A DNA stretch of 63,659 nucleotides, the filler included, from Reticulomyxa filosa (taxonomy: Eukaryota; Protista; Foraminifera), in assembly GCA_000512085.1 (NCBI GenBank). It is 16 parts of 16 records of this genome, joined end to end, with 100 filler letters (N's around TTAATTAATTAA, not from the genome) between each part and the next. Parts side by side here need not be neighbours in the genome. Positions count along the whole stretch, not along the records: positions 8,622 to 17,533 come from ASPP01020024.1; positions 17,634 to 20,297 come from ASPP01028622.1; positions 20,398 to 21,977 come from ASPP01002045.1; positions 22,078 to 24,737 come from ASPP01045291.1; positions 24,838 to 25,969 come from ASPP01046266.1; 11 more parts are not named here. One strand, given 5' to 3'. Position numbers and translations under genes: made by a program. Of this stretch, positions 12,701 through 25,020 are shown in pieces. Position 1 is the stretch's first letter, and each line of letters starts with the position of its first letter. The notes below the pieces were generated by a model, which was not told the DNA's origin, ran no database searches, and was given only the letters and a program-made list of their open reading frames with translations.

Positions 12701-14579
12701 TTGTTCAGAAAGAAAAATAAAAATAATATATGTTTTTTAACTTCAAATAGATTGAAATAATACAATCCAATCCAACCTTTTTTTGACGACAATAGCAATA
12801 GTTCTTTCGCAGTCAATTGCAAAAATCTAACGACTTTAATCTTTGGTGTGTCGACACTGGATCCATAATAACATAACCGCAAGTGTATGTGAAAGATATT
12901 TGGACAAATTGTATATATTGATAGCTTGAGTGAAAGTAATGTGCTAATTTGAATGTTGCTATGAATTGTCACTTATGCTCCGTTTCAATGAATATCATCC
13001 ATAGCAACTTATAGCGCCTTTTATGAATTGATTGTGTCGACACTCTTCATTTACACTGTATATTTGGTTCACTTGATATGCTTCATTGCCATTTTCATTA
13101 TTTCTTTAAATAATCTATATATTCCTAATTCCGTTAATCTATTTTGATTTTTTTCTTTTCTTCTTCTTTCTTTTCTTTCTTTTTCTTTCATTTTAAACCT
13201 AAAGTATATCATTCTACAATGAAGATGTCAATGTTCACATTGTTTTGATTAGGACAACTGAAAATATGAAAATAGTATACCTTCAAATAAAACTCACTGC
13301 CATTTTGTACGTTTTTGAATTTGGATAATAACAGGGTTGCACAGCACAAGGGAAGCCAGCCGCTGAATATGCATTTGCTCGAATATTCTTTGCCATTTGC
13401 ATTCATATTCGCTGCAACTCTGGTAAACTTGCCTTTCCTGGATTGTATGTATTATTTATGTCGATTTATAAAATTGTCACAAAACAATTCACTTTTGAAT
13501 TATAATTGTGATGTACCAAGAGAAAGCCATTGGATAATGATACATTCACCCACGACGATATTAGTAAATTGGATACCGTGTTGAGATTAATCTTGCTCAA
13601 TATTTGATTATTCGCGACGACACGATTTGAAAAGAATGTAGTTTGAGCAGCACTTTTGTCGGAAGAACTATGTGGCTCACAAGCAGTGTTAATACCATCT
13701 GCTACCGAAGACAAAACTTTAATTCTTCCAATTCACTGCAACAACATTTGTTGTTCACATCTATATACAGAAATATCACATCAATTGGAGATTATTGGAA
13801 AAAAAAGAAAGATAGCTATTTGCTTCAAATCACCTCAACTAGTTGTCTTTTTTTTTCTTTTGACAGTGCGATTATTGTCACTGGTTATCTGTTGGTATTT
13901 TTGTATAATGTTATCCACCACTTATTATCTATTATTTCCCCCCCCCCCTCCCCTCTACACCCTTTATCCAAACCACTTTTCAAACAGACACTCACACTAT
14001 GCCACTCCTTGCTGCGCTGGACATCTATACACAAACAAAGTTATATTTTATAATTTTTGAATACAATAAAAAAATATATATCATAACTGATAATATTCAT
14101 TTCTATGTTCTTTCCCTATATCAAACGCTTCACAAATTTTTTTTTTTGGACAGGGGAATAAATAAACATATAAACATATACAATTTTTTTCTTTGAGGGG
14201 GAATTCCTATTGCTTCACAAACACAACCACACTATATAATAAAATTATATACATATTTAAATATAAACATACACAAACCTTTCTTCATCCTTTTGGAGGC
14301 AGGATGGATTTCAACCCCAATTTTTCTTTTTTTTTTTGTGTGGGGAATATACTGTAACAATGTTTGTCGGGAGGGGGAACCTATATTGCAAAACACAACA
14401 CTTAAATATATTTTAAAAAAAAGATAAATAGGACAAACCTATGTTTCTCCTTTCGGAGACGGGGTGGTTTCTACCCCGTATTCTTTATGTTGCTCCAATT
14501 GCCATAGCCATTTTGCACCACTTTGTTCAATCCATTCAGTTTCTATATACAATCAACAACCAAGAAATGATGTCTGGTA

Positions 14580-16060
14580 TTACAACAACAACAACAAAAA
14601 GTAAAAATAACTTGGCAGCACCACAATAGATAGCAGTCGTTTTGTGTTGATAGATCCACATTGAACATTTTGAATTGTTAATGGATCATTCACGTCATCA
14701 TTATTGCCACAAATCATTTGTACGTTGAATATATGAATTGTCAGATATGGGCATAAAGGCAATATGTGGATGTGAGATCGGTCTAATGCGAGACTGTTTG
14801 TGTCCATATCGTGCGGTGTATTGTGTTGGCGACATAAGTGTCTTTGGATACAACGCCTTTGGAAAAAGTAGATATGCTTTGCATAAACGAACATGGGCGT
14901 TACGACTGACTTGCAATTTAATTGCTCGTCGTGTGCGTTTTTGCCCAATATCGTCATTTGCGTCAACAGTGCTTCTTCGCCTGAAATGCATGCACATATC
15001 CATTGGACCATGATGATCAAATCACTATTGTCGTTTGTCCATTCTACACTTATCAACGCCACAGAATAACATCACACATTTTCAATATGTGTTTTATCGT
15101 AAGATCTATCCAAATTTTTTTATTATTGTTATCTGTTTTTTTTTAAAAAAAAAAGTAATAATAAAAAAAACTTAACATTACAGTCTTGGACGGCAGTTGC
15201 AAAATATTAGTTAAAGTTTTGCGTGTCGACGGTAAGTGTTTGTGCTTTAGGATATTGAGACAGCACACTTGTTCAGCATTTGTGCCAATGTGGTTCAAAC
15301 AAAATTTCATTGCTCCTACACTCGCTCCAGGCCGTTTGCATAATTCGCACACTTTATTCGACGATAGCACGCTTGCAATCACTTCTTCGTTACAATTCTC
15401 CAATTTGTTACTATTTTTGTTTTGTTTTTTAAATCCATTTTCAATAAAATTAATCTATATACAATCAATCCTCCCTCACCCTTGATATACGTAAATCTCG
15501 ATTTTTTTTTTTGCATAGACATTTTTTTTTTCAATTTGATATCAATTAGTTACCTGTACATTATTATTTTGAATGCCGATTTATAAGGTGTTGATGATAT
15601 CTTCGAAGTGGATTTGGACATTTCAATGGCCGATGTTTTGGTACATAAATACTTCTTGATTGCATTTTGTCGATCATATACTTGCTTTGGAGAAGACGTA
15701 TACTTTCGTTTTCTGATCGCATCTGCTCCTTGTTGAAAATTTTCCACTCCCAATACAATTGTCATGTCATTGTAAACTTTTGAACATTGCAAATATGTAC
15801 ACCTTTTCGATTCCAACACATTGTTGAAATAGTGGTTGAGAGGCTTATTCCATGACATCATTAATATACTCATATTGTCATGATTATTTAAATATGTTTG
15901 CCCGTTCGTTGTGTTCCAGCTTGACTTTTTTAGATTCACGTTTGACACCACGAATGTAGTCAATACATGCAGCGCCATCAATACAATTTCATATATCAAC
16001 AAGAATTTCATGCTGCTGTTGCAATACCCAAGAGGTTTCCACTCAACATTTTTTCTTCAG
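14580..16060 (-). pseudogene. Degenerate type-II membrane protein, family A copy 2
   Basis: ORFs 15550..16011, 15143..15403 and 14580..15062 parallel copy 1. The upstream flanks also match (agaaatgccgaatttattg vs agaaataccgagtttattg). Confidence 0.55.
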
Positions 16061-16379
16061 TTTGCCCCTCTCTTGCTGGGCACTCGAAACAGAAGGACAT
16101 CAAGGAATAAAGCAACTTTAAGAGAAAAACAAATAAAGTTTGTGCAATGAACACCTTCGAATGGATGTTAAATGGTTTATAGAAATGCCGAATTTATTGG
16201 AAAAATGAAATTTGTTGTACTTTGCTTTATTCACAATGGCTTAATAAAAAAAATGATCTTTTCGTTTAAATATTCCTTTCACTTAAATCACGGTCTCATC
16301 AAAAAATCAAAAAAAAGTTAAGTGAAAAAAGCATAACAGCTAAACCTAATAAAAATAAGAACAAGTATTCTGAGCATCT

Positions 16380-17450
16380 AATCGCGCAAGAATGTTCAAT
16401 GGCCATCCCTTCAAATATCATATAATCACATTTATAATGCACATCATAAAGGCTGCCACATTGCCTGGCCATCTAATACAATGACGAAACATAACAAAAG
16501 CATCTTCAAATTTCTCCAATATGCTAATATCATTAAATGCTAAAGTATCCATAATACACATATAATCTCTTGCATTAATTTTTGTTTGCAAATTTGAAGA
16601 CGTCATATCACAATATCTGTGCAATCATTTCAATATTGTATATAGTTGTTCCATTCATACGATCGAAGATTCTCACAGTTGAAAATTAGTATATCTATGT
16701 CGCATAAAAATACCGCATATTCATTTTCAATATCACTTTTGATATTGGGTCAATTGCATTGTTGCATTCAGCTGAGCGTCCTAACATTGTTGAGTTTTGT
16801 GTGCGTTGCAATCGCTTTACACTTTGTTTTTTTTTGATTGGGTGAGAAAAGCGATCATCTCAAAAAAATTGATTGACTGCCTTTTGACTTGTAGAAAAGA
16901 AACAAGATATGAAACTTCTCCAAAAAAGATATCTGCACAAACCAATCTCTTGTAAATATGCTTATCGGACTGTCATTTGAAGCTTTTTTTTTAGAAGGGT
17001 AGGCCCAATCGACGAGTAAGTGTAATATTGCAGTTGGGCTGCGACGAACGAGTCAAAGATGTTGTGGTGATATTTGCACAACAAGGAGATGATAAATGTT
17101 CACCAAACAAGTTGATCCACTCGAATACGCTCACGTCTCAGTCCGCACTGTGTTAAAATAATATTTGTGCATTAAAGGGGAAACTGTTCCAAGATAGCAT
17201 TGATATAAATTCTTTACAATGGATATGTATACCATGGAGCCACTAGTATTTATTTCAGTAACAATAATTTGTTCCATCTACTCAGAAGCGCTTGTATCTA
17301 TGTCTGTGCGCTTGCTTATTGATAATTTCAGAAGCATCTGGCGTTTTCGTTGTCAAATGTATATCCATTTGCGCAAGGAGATATCAAGTTCATGATTTGA
17401 TAATGCTCTCAAAACGATATGATGAGACATCGATTTGCTCTAAAATAAAC
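16380..17450 (-). pseudogene. Degenerate family B copy
   Basis: Homologous to 11340-12700 (e.g. gtaaatatgcttatc, gatcatctcaaaaaaattgatt); multiple stops. Confidence 0.4.
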
Positions 17451-18539
17451 AGAAGGGTACCACAATCTTAGTTTTTTAACCTTAGTTCGTAATGAAATTT
17501 GCACTTGCTTAAGTTGTGCAAAAAACTTTAACANNNNNNNNNNNNNNNNNNNNNNNNNNNNNNNNNNNNNNNNNNNNTTAATTAATTAANNNNNNNNNNN
17601 NNNNNNNNNNNNNNNNNNNNNNNNNNNNNNNNNATTTTATTTTTAATAAAAAATGTGTTTGTGTTTTGTGAATAGGCATGCCCCCATCAAAAAAAATTAT
17701 GTATCCCCCCCTCCCTGGCAAAGAAAAAAAAAAAATAGGAATATTGGAAATGGAGTTTTCAGCTCCAAAGCAAAAAGTATGTTTATTTTGTTTTTTTTTC
17801 TTAAAAAATTAAAAAATTTTACTTTGAATATGTTTATAGGTTCAAGATCAAAGTAAATGGGAAGTTTTTTTTATTGGTTTTTTTAATTTTTTATTTTAAA
17901 TGAGAGGGATAGGGAAATAGAGGGGAAAAAATAGATTGGAAAAGGGAGGGAAAAATGGATTTGAAAAGGGGGGGGGGGAAAAAAGAATTTGAAAAGGGAG
18001 GGAAAAAAGAATTTGAAAAAAAAGTGGGAAAAAATAAACGATGGGAAATTTTATTTAAGAATAATGAAAAATAAAAATGAATGAAAAATAAAATGAGAAA
18101 ATAAAAAAATAAAGAGTAAAAAATGATTAGAAAATGAAAAAAAATGTTAAAAAATTTGAAAAAAAAATAAATAAAAAAATTGACAATGAGAAAAAAAAGA
18201 AGAAAAAAAAGAGCAAAAAAATTTGAATAAAAAAAAAAAAATCGGGCGATTGTCCCGCGTACGTGCGCATTTTCGCGCTTTTAATTGTGGGTCTTGGGTG
18301 GTTTAAGCATTATCCAAGCTCAAAGTGTGTCCCTGATCACAAGGGATGAATTTCTTATTTGGAAGCCGTTTATCACGTGATGGCACTGGGACATTGGATC
18401 AAAGTTGTCCCAACAAATCTCAAACAATCTGGGCCTTGCTGTCGCCCGATACAAAAGCACAAGCTCACCAAGAGAAAGAAAAAAAAGATGACGGTATAGC
18501 GCAAAGTGAAACAGATACCATATGGCGATGTCCAAAACT

Positions 18540-20170
18540 GCGGGAGCGATTGGACTAATGAAAAAGTGGAAGGCGAGCAAGAAACGAGTGTGGACGTTGT
18601 TAAAAAGCAATGCACATAGAGACCGAGCAAACGACTACATCGGTAGAATCGTTCGTGTGAGAGTGGCTCGATTTGGTGGATGAGTTGTGTGAAATTTGAG
18701 TCAAGACACCAACAAGCAAGAAGAGGAGATGAGGAGGATGATGAAAAAAAAAACAAGTACGTATCGCTTTGAATTTGGTTTTTTTTAAAAAATAACTAGT
18801 CTGCTTGTTTTGTTGGGTTTGACTATAGAAATGTTTTTCGTCCCTGGAAACGCGCAAAGTCGCCACTTGCGGGCGTGGATAACTTCAACTATCGCACCCA
18901 AAGGAAAATTCTGGATAAGTGTGGCACCCCGGAGCATTCGAAAGAACGTTTTCCCATCAACACAAGTGCACAAAAAATTTCTGCGGATAATTGTTGGCGC
19001 GGCACAGCATCAAAGAAGATGTCAAGCTGCGATGTATCGGAGCCAATGAACAAGGAGCACTTGGTCGTTATGGAAAATTCGCTAATTTTTGTTAACGCAG
19101 AGATTGCGCACTCATTCCGAAACTGGTCGTGTGTACACGCACATTCGCAAATTTAAATTTTAAATTGTACGTATACTGGTGGTAGAAGTATTGGACATTG
19201 TTGATTGGTAAAAAAAGATAGAGAGAGCTAATCGCATTTCCGAGTCCATCGCTGCAAAATTTGTATGCCTTGCGTTTGTCGAAAAAACGCCTGTTATCTT
19301 TGCCGAGCTGCCTCCGAGATCAACGATGAACTACGGACGACGTGTTGGGCAGTAATCAAGAAAGCGATAAGTGGAAGACGATGAAGAAAAGAACGTGAAC
19401 AAGGTTAGAAAATAATCGACATTGCCATCGAGCAACCACTACATCGGGAGAATCGTCTCATATAAGAGTGGTTCAATTTAGTTGTGCTGAAGCTCCAAGA
19501 CAACGGCAAGAAAGAAGAGGAATAGGATGAGGATAATGAAGAGAAGAAAAATAATGTTAAGTCTGTATCTTGTTGGATTTTTTTAAAGGAGAAAAAAAAA
19601 ATCAGTTGGCCGGCTTTATTGAACTTGGTCATTGACTTGCTCTTTTACGTCTCGAAACACGCAAAATCGCCACTCGCGATCATAGAGCAATTTCACATAG
19701 TGCGCTCCAGTGGATAGTGTTGAACGAATATGGGAGTGGTAGCCCAAAGTAATGTAAAGAATTTATTTACAATCAACGTAAACAGACACAAGTCTCTGAT
19801 GCTGTGCTACGCTAACAATTATCCGTAAAGATTGTGTCGAAATGCAATCTACTGGCGCCAACGAACAATGGAAAATTTATCGTAATGGAAATGGCAATCT
19901 AATTTTATAAACTCACGATAACAAGCAAAACTAGCTGTGTACGCGTGCGCACATGCGCAACTTTTGGATTTTGAATCATATATATGCTAATGGGAGGAAT
20001 AGTAAGCTCGAAGGTGGCATTGGTCATTGATAATTTGTGAATAGAGAAAGAGAGAGAGAGCTTATTGCATTGTTTGTGAACAAAGCTATCTTTTACGAAC
20101 TGCCTCCAGTATCGACTATTGTGACCACGAGAGACGCGTTAGATTGCACTCAAGAAAGCAATAAAGAAGA
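18540..20170 (+). repeat. Diverged ~800-bp tandem duplication of decayed coding-like sequence
   Basis: Units ~18540-19350 and ~19350-20170 share anchors in the same order (aagtggaag, actacatcgg, agagtgg, cgcgcaaagtcgccact/cacgcaaaatcgccact, atagagaga, gagctgcctcc/gaactgcctcc, caagaaagc). Confidence 0.7.
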
Positions 20171-21162
20171 ACACGTCAAAAGTAAAAAAAGAAAATATAA
20201 ATAATAAATTCCCTCACCGTATCGTTAATCCAAAAAAGTTGAATAGATGTGCGAAATTTCCAACAACGATCATTATCCAAGGTCAAAGTATGTCTCCNNN
20301 NNNNNNNNNNNNNNNNNNNNNNNNNNNNNNNNNNNNNNNNNTTAATTAATTAANNNNNNNNNNNNNNNNNNNNNNNNNNNNNNNNNNNNNNNNNNNNTTC
20401 TTTATCAGATTCCATGTTTCGAATTAATGATCGTTCATGTCGTGATTCAGGTGAGGATGTTGTTTTTGATAGTGCACCCAGTTGTCCCTTTAGTTTTTCC
20501 TGTATTGAGTCCTTTGATGCTGTTCGTCCAATCTGACTTGATATGTGTTGGGTTGACAAAGTCGTCTAATGAGAACGTAAGGAATGAGGTTCCAGATTGG
20601 CCTCTTGTTCAGCTCTTTTTGTCTAAGGCTAGCCCTTCTGAGAGTTGCGCTCATCATTGTTGTCATTTTTTTTTTAATGATCAATTCAAAACTTGAACTT
20701 TGAGTTTAGTTTTTTTGAACTTTTTAATTTAAAAAAAACTAGTGACAAAGTTCAAGTTAATTTTTGTTTGAAATGAATTGAAGTTGATATGCACAATTGT
20801 TTAAAATATTACTTTATGACAACTTAGTGAATATTTGAACTGTAATTTGATGATGCTGAACGATCAACGTCTTGAACAAAAACTGCTTCAAATACTGTCG
20901 AGTTATCCCCTTTTTTTTTAGCGTTGTATTGTCACTCCATGTAACAATTTCTGACAATTCGTTGTTTTTTATCACTTTTACATGTACTTTTAAGTTTGTA
21001 AAAGTCGTATTTATACAATAATGGATCGATTTTATATTTTTGCTGGACGAAACAAATTCAAGACTTAAGTAATTACTTTTTATAGAATTAAAAATTTTGT
21101 AAGTCTTTCTCAACAAGTCAATGAATTTCTTGTTTTGAAAGTATTTTTGTGCTCTCGTAGAT

Positions 21163-21977
21163 TTACCACCAATCATATTCCAAAGAAAAAAAGCTATGCG
21201 AAAATTTCATACAATTTACATTATCTAAATGTCCATCGAATGATTGTTTGTTATTATCAACATCCCATGCACGAACTGTTTTATCATCTGATCCAGAACA
21301 AATGAATTGAAAATCATTAAATGTCAAATGATCGATTCTCCACATAATTTTTGTATGTTCAGTAAATATGTCGAATAATTTTGGTGATGAACAAAATGTG
21401 TCAAACATGAAGATGTATACACCTATGTCAAATAATATTGGAATATTTTAATTGACAAAATGAAAAAAAACAAATGAACTAACATAATTGGCAATGAATT
21501 TGTCAAAATCCTAATTTAATTTTTAATGTTCGAATTCAGTGATAGTTAACCATTTGTAAACAACAAAAATATTCCAAATGATCATTCAACTGTTTCACTT
21601 TTTCTTTAAAATTACAAATCACAAATCCAGATGTGTCTCCTTCTTCATGTCCTTGTTGTGTTGACATTTGTAGTTGTTGCTGTTCTTGTTCTTATTGAAA
21701 TTGTCGTGAACATATCACATCCAATTTATTAATGTATCGTTTTGTCAATCGATTTTGAGAATACAAGCCGTTGTTATGAGGTTCGACTGGACAAGGATTT
21801 GGGTTTTGACTAAGAAATTGCTTCAAGCAATTCTCTCCGACAATTAATGATTCATCCATGTTTGTGTTGAGGGCAATTGATTTCCATTGGATCGTTGGAG
21901 AGTTGTTTGCAAATCAAACAAATAAAATCATGAATATCTTCCTGCTGGTTCAATTGTAAAATCCAATTTTTGTCAAA
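21163..21977 (-). pseudogene. RING/TRAF-type zinc-finger plus WD40-repeat protein pseudogene
   Basis: [58 protein letters not shown], then a WD40 exon MFDTF...FICSGSDDKTVRAWDVDNNKQ. Frameshifts, stops and truncation. Confidence 0.8.
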
Positions 21978-23316
21978 NNNNNNNNNNNNNNNNNNNNNNN
22001 NNNNNNNNNNNNNNNNNNNNNTTAATTAATTAANNNNNNNNNNNNNNNNNNNNNNNNNNNNNNNNNNNNNNNNNNNNTCATCATCATCATTGTTATTGTT
22101 GTTGTTGCTGTTATTCGCTGACGATTATAACAGCATTGCTGATCTTGGGGTCAATGTTGATGACATTGGTATTGCTGTTGCTGTTACTATTACTGCTGCT
22201 GCGGCAGACTGATTCATCTCTGTGGCGACAGATGTTTGCACGTTTGTCGTGAATTAAGTACACGATTGACCCAACTGATTCTTTCACTTTATGTAGCTTG
22301 CTTTTGTTATGGTGGGGAACAACCTTTGGTTGGTATCTTTTTCTGGACGAGTCAATGATATTGCAGAAACACTACTATCGTTTCTATTCTATGTACTCAA
22401 CACAAAAAAAAAAAAAAATAAAAATGTTTTAAAAGTAAGCAAAAAAAATCTAACAACGACAACAACAAAAAAAGAACATATGTATGTACATATATACGTA
22501 TACATGCATTTTGCTACGTAACTCTTTTTTTTCTCTAACTTTAATGCTGTTTGTACGATGTATTATATTTTGGAGTTTGTGTAGAAATTGTTGCATTGTA
22601 TATCTTTTAGTTTGTCGACAATTTATGGAGATGGCACAAAGTTAGTTTGCGATTGATCGTATCTGCCAACAACATTACTATTATTGGTAAATTGACGTTC
22701 CAATCCTGAGAACTCATTACAACCAACATACATATGAAAAGGAGAAACAATCGGAGCAGTTTGTGCAGTTGTAAAATGCCATGTCTGCTTTGATCGACTG
22801 AATGGAATATATTGTTGCTCATTTCTCGCAAAATTCGGATGACCATTATCAGTAAACTAGCCATATATTGACTGGTTGATTTGTGGCCATAGATTTGTAA
22901 TAGCTCGCCTAACGATGATGCTATGAAACTCTTTTCTAATCGGTTGATGTTTCATACATACTGTTATGTGTCTATGTTGCAACATCGCTTTTCAACAAAA
23001 TGTAGTATACAACTGGTTTTTGGCTCTCTAAAAGTGGTCTTAACTTTCTTTAGTTCTGTCAAAAGAAAAAATAATGCGACTAGCCAACAAATGATCTTCA
23101 GTTGTGTTGGCTGGCAAAGACATGGCAAATAAAATATTAACAAAAGAGTTTTTTTTTAAGTAAAAGATTCATTTCACTGGTTTTTTTTGAAGTAACAGTT
23201 TAAAGTATTTGTAAAATTTTCAAGAAAACAAATATGTCAATTAAAATGACCAAAACAACAAAATTCGTGTATTAATTAAACTTTTAAAAAATGAAAATGA
23301 AAAAAATTATTTGTTT

Positions 23317-23771
23317 TTAAAAGTTATTATTGGTGTTGTTATCATTTGAATTGCTGTTAGAGTTTGAATTAAAATAGCATGGATTGTTGTGATCGTTTTT
23401 ATTGTTTGGATAGTTTGGATTGCTTGAATAGTTAGAAGATCTTGAAGAATGTAAACTGCGATGTTCGCGGACCAAAACGGTCCTTCCTAAAAAAAAAAAC
23501 AAAAACAAAATATCTAAATGAAAAAAATAGATATATATAATTAACTTGTTAATGGAACAACAAGCAAAATCAAACCAAAAAATAATGATAATACCGTAAC
23601 ACATATCATTCCAAATGTGTTATACTTGTCGATATGTATTCCATAAAGCAAACCAATTACGCTTAAACTTTGGACTACTACTAGTCCTCCATACGGACAG
23701 CAATTTACACGCTGGCATCTTGAGAACAATTCATCCAAATAGATCTTTAGTTGTCTTTTTCTTTCTTCCAT
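23317..23771 (-). CDS. Small hypothetical membrane protein (2 TM, N-rich tail), 2 exons
   Basis: MEERKRQ...GLVVVQSLSVIGLLYGI...MICVTVLSLFFGLILLVVPLT, an AT-rich GT-AG intron at ~23487-23545, then RTVLVREHRSLH...NNNF*. Confidence 0.5.
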
Positions 23772-24177
23772 CAGCAATAATTTTAAAAATTTGTTGAAGG
23801 GAAATTTATCCAAAAATTCATTTTTTTAACTTCAAAAAATTCAAATTTTCTATGATATAATAATTTATTTATTTTCAATATTTCTTACATTAAATTTATT
23901 CTGTGTAAAAAAAATATCTGGATATTAGATGAAGAGAATTATTAGCATTATATAAACAAACAAATGTTCTATTGCTTGTAATAACCTCTTTTGTATGTTT
24001 GTTTTTCAAGCGCTATATCTTAAAATAATACAAGAAAAATGTTTCCATTCCTAAGATTACACAAATGGTTTTTTTTTATCAACATTAGTAAAATATACTT
24101 TTTTGTCAGAAATATTTAAAAAAGTACAAAGGGATATAGATAATAAAAAAAAAAACATCAACTGGGAATATTGAAAC

Positions 24178-24688
24178 ATGTTCACTTCCAATAGGTGAGT
24201 GTATGGAATTATGACTTCTAGGGAGGGTCAAGGAGCAAAAAAAAAAAACAATAAAGTGGGTGAGAAAAACAATATCATACACAAACACAACAAAGACTAG
24301 ACTACGGCGTCAATACATTCAGCCCCGAGAAGCGTTTGTTTCAAGTCGACGATGACAACGGCCATAAAAGAATGGTATGCTTTTTTATTTTAAAAAAATA
24401 AAAATAGGATATGATGTAATATAATAGATTTAAATATATAACATATATGTTGGTGCTAGTGGAGAAAGTGCTATGACAGTATTGCGTGAAAGATACGCCA
24501 AATCTATGTCTTTGAGAGAAGCCGAAGACTTGGCTGCTGAAATACTGAAACAAGTCATGGAGGCTAAAATTGGAACTGATAACATTGAATTTGCTTTGGT
24601 GTCCGCCGAAAGCAAAAAATGGACTGTTTATGATTCAAAGCAAATTCAATCCGTCATTGGTAGAATGACTACTTCTGAAGAATCTTAA
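24178..24688 (+). pseudogene. PSMA5: 20S proteasome alpha-5 subunit, internally deleted pseudogene
   Basis: N-terminal signature MFTSNR|..DYGVNTFSPEKRLFQV (cf. DRGVNTFSPEGRLFQVEYA) and C-terminus ..YAKSMSLREAEDLAAEILKQVMEAKIGTDNIEFALV. The central half is missing and there is a frameshift after LFQV. Confidence 0.8.
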
Positions 24689-24859
24689 CAAACAACACGA
24701 AACATTACACATTTTTAAACTTGGATCTTTTTTTGTTNNNNNNNNNNNNNNNNNNNNNNNNNNNNNNNNNNNNNNNNNNNNTTAATTAATTAANNNNNNN
24801 NNNNNNNNNNNNNNNNNNNNNNNNNNNNNNNNNNNNNCCATTATTTTTTTAGTTTTGTA

Positions 24860-25020
24860 ACATTATGAATCTTCTATGCCTGCCAGATCCAGTTTTTCTT
24901 TTTACAGTTCCATTACACTTATATGACGACAGCGAAAAACGAAGCTATACTTATATTAAATTTCTTTGCTACAGATCGAATGCTAGCTCCATCTAAGAAG
25001 AATTTTAATCTCTTTATATA
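24860..25020 (-). mobile_element. Tc1/mariner transposase relic, N-terminal HTH plus GRPR-like linker
   Basis: Minus strand reads YIKRLKFFLDGASIRSVAKKFNISIAS-(frameshift)-YKCNGTVKRKTGSGRHRRF; cut by the contig start. Confidence 0.65.

Noticed and set aside
17634-18240. Purine-rich quasi-repeats (also 59050-59700)
   Set aside because: Low-complexity A/G-rich sequence consistent with low-quality read ends; no defined unit.
8622-21977. Stop-codon reassignment explaining the many in-frame stops
   Set aside because: Long conserved genes (CHD, WASHC5, RPL10A, DDX49) read cleanly in the standard code, and the broken regions also have frameshifts and deletions, so they are pseudogenes.
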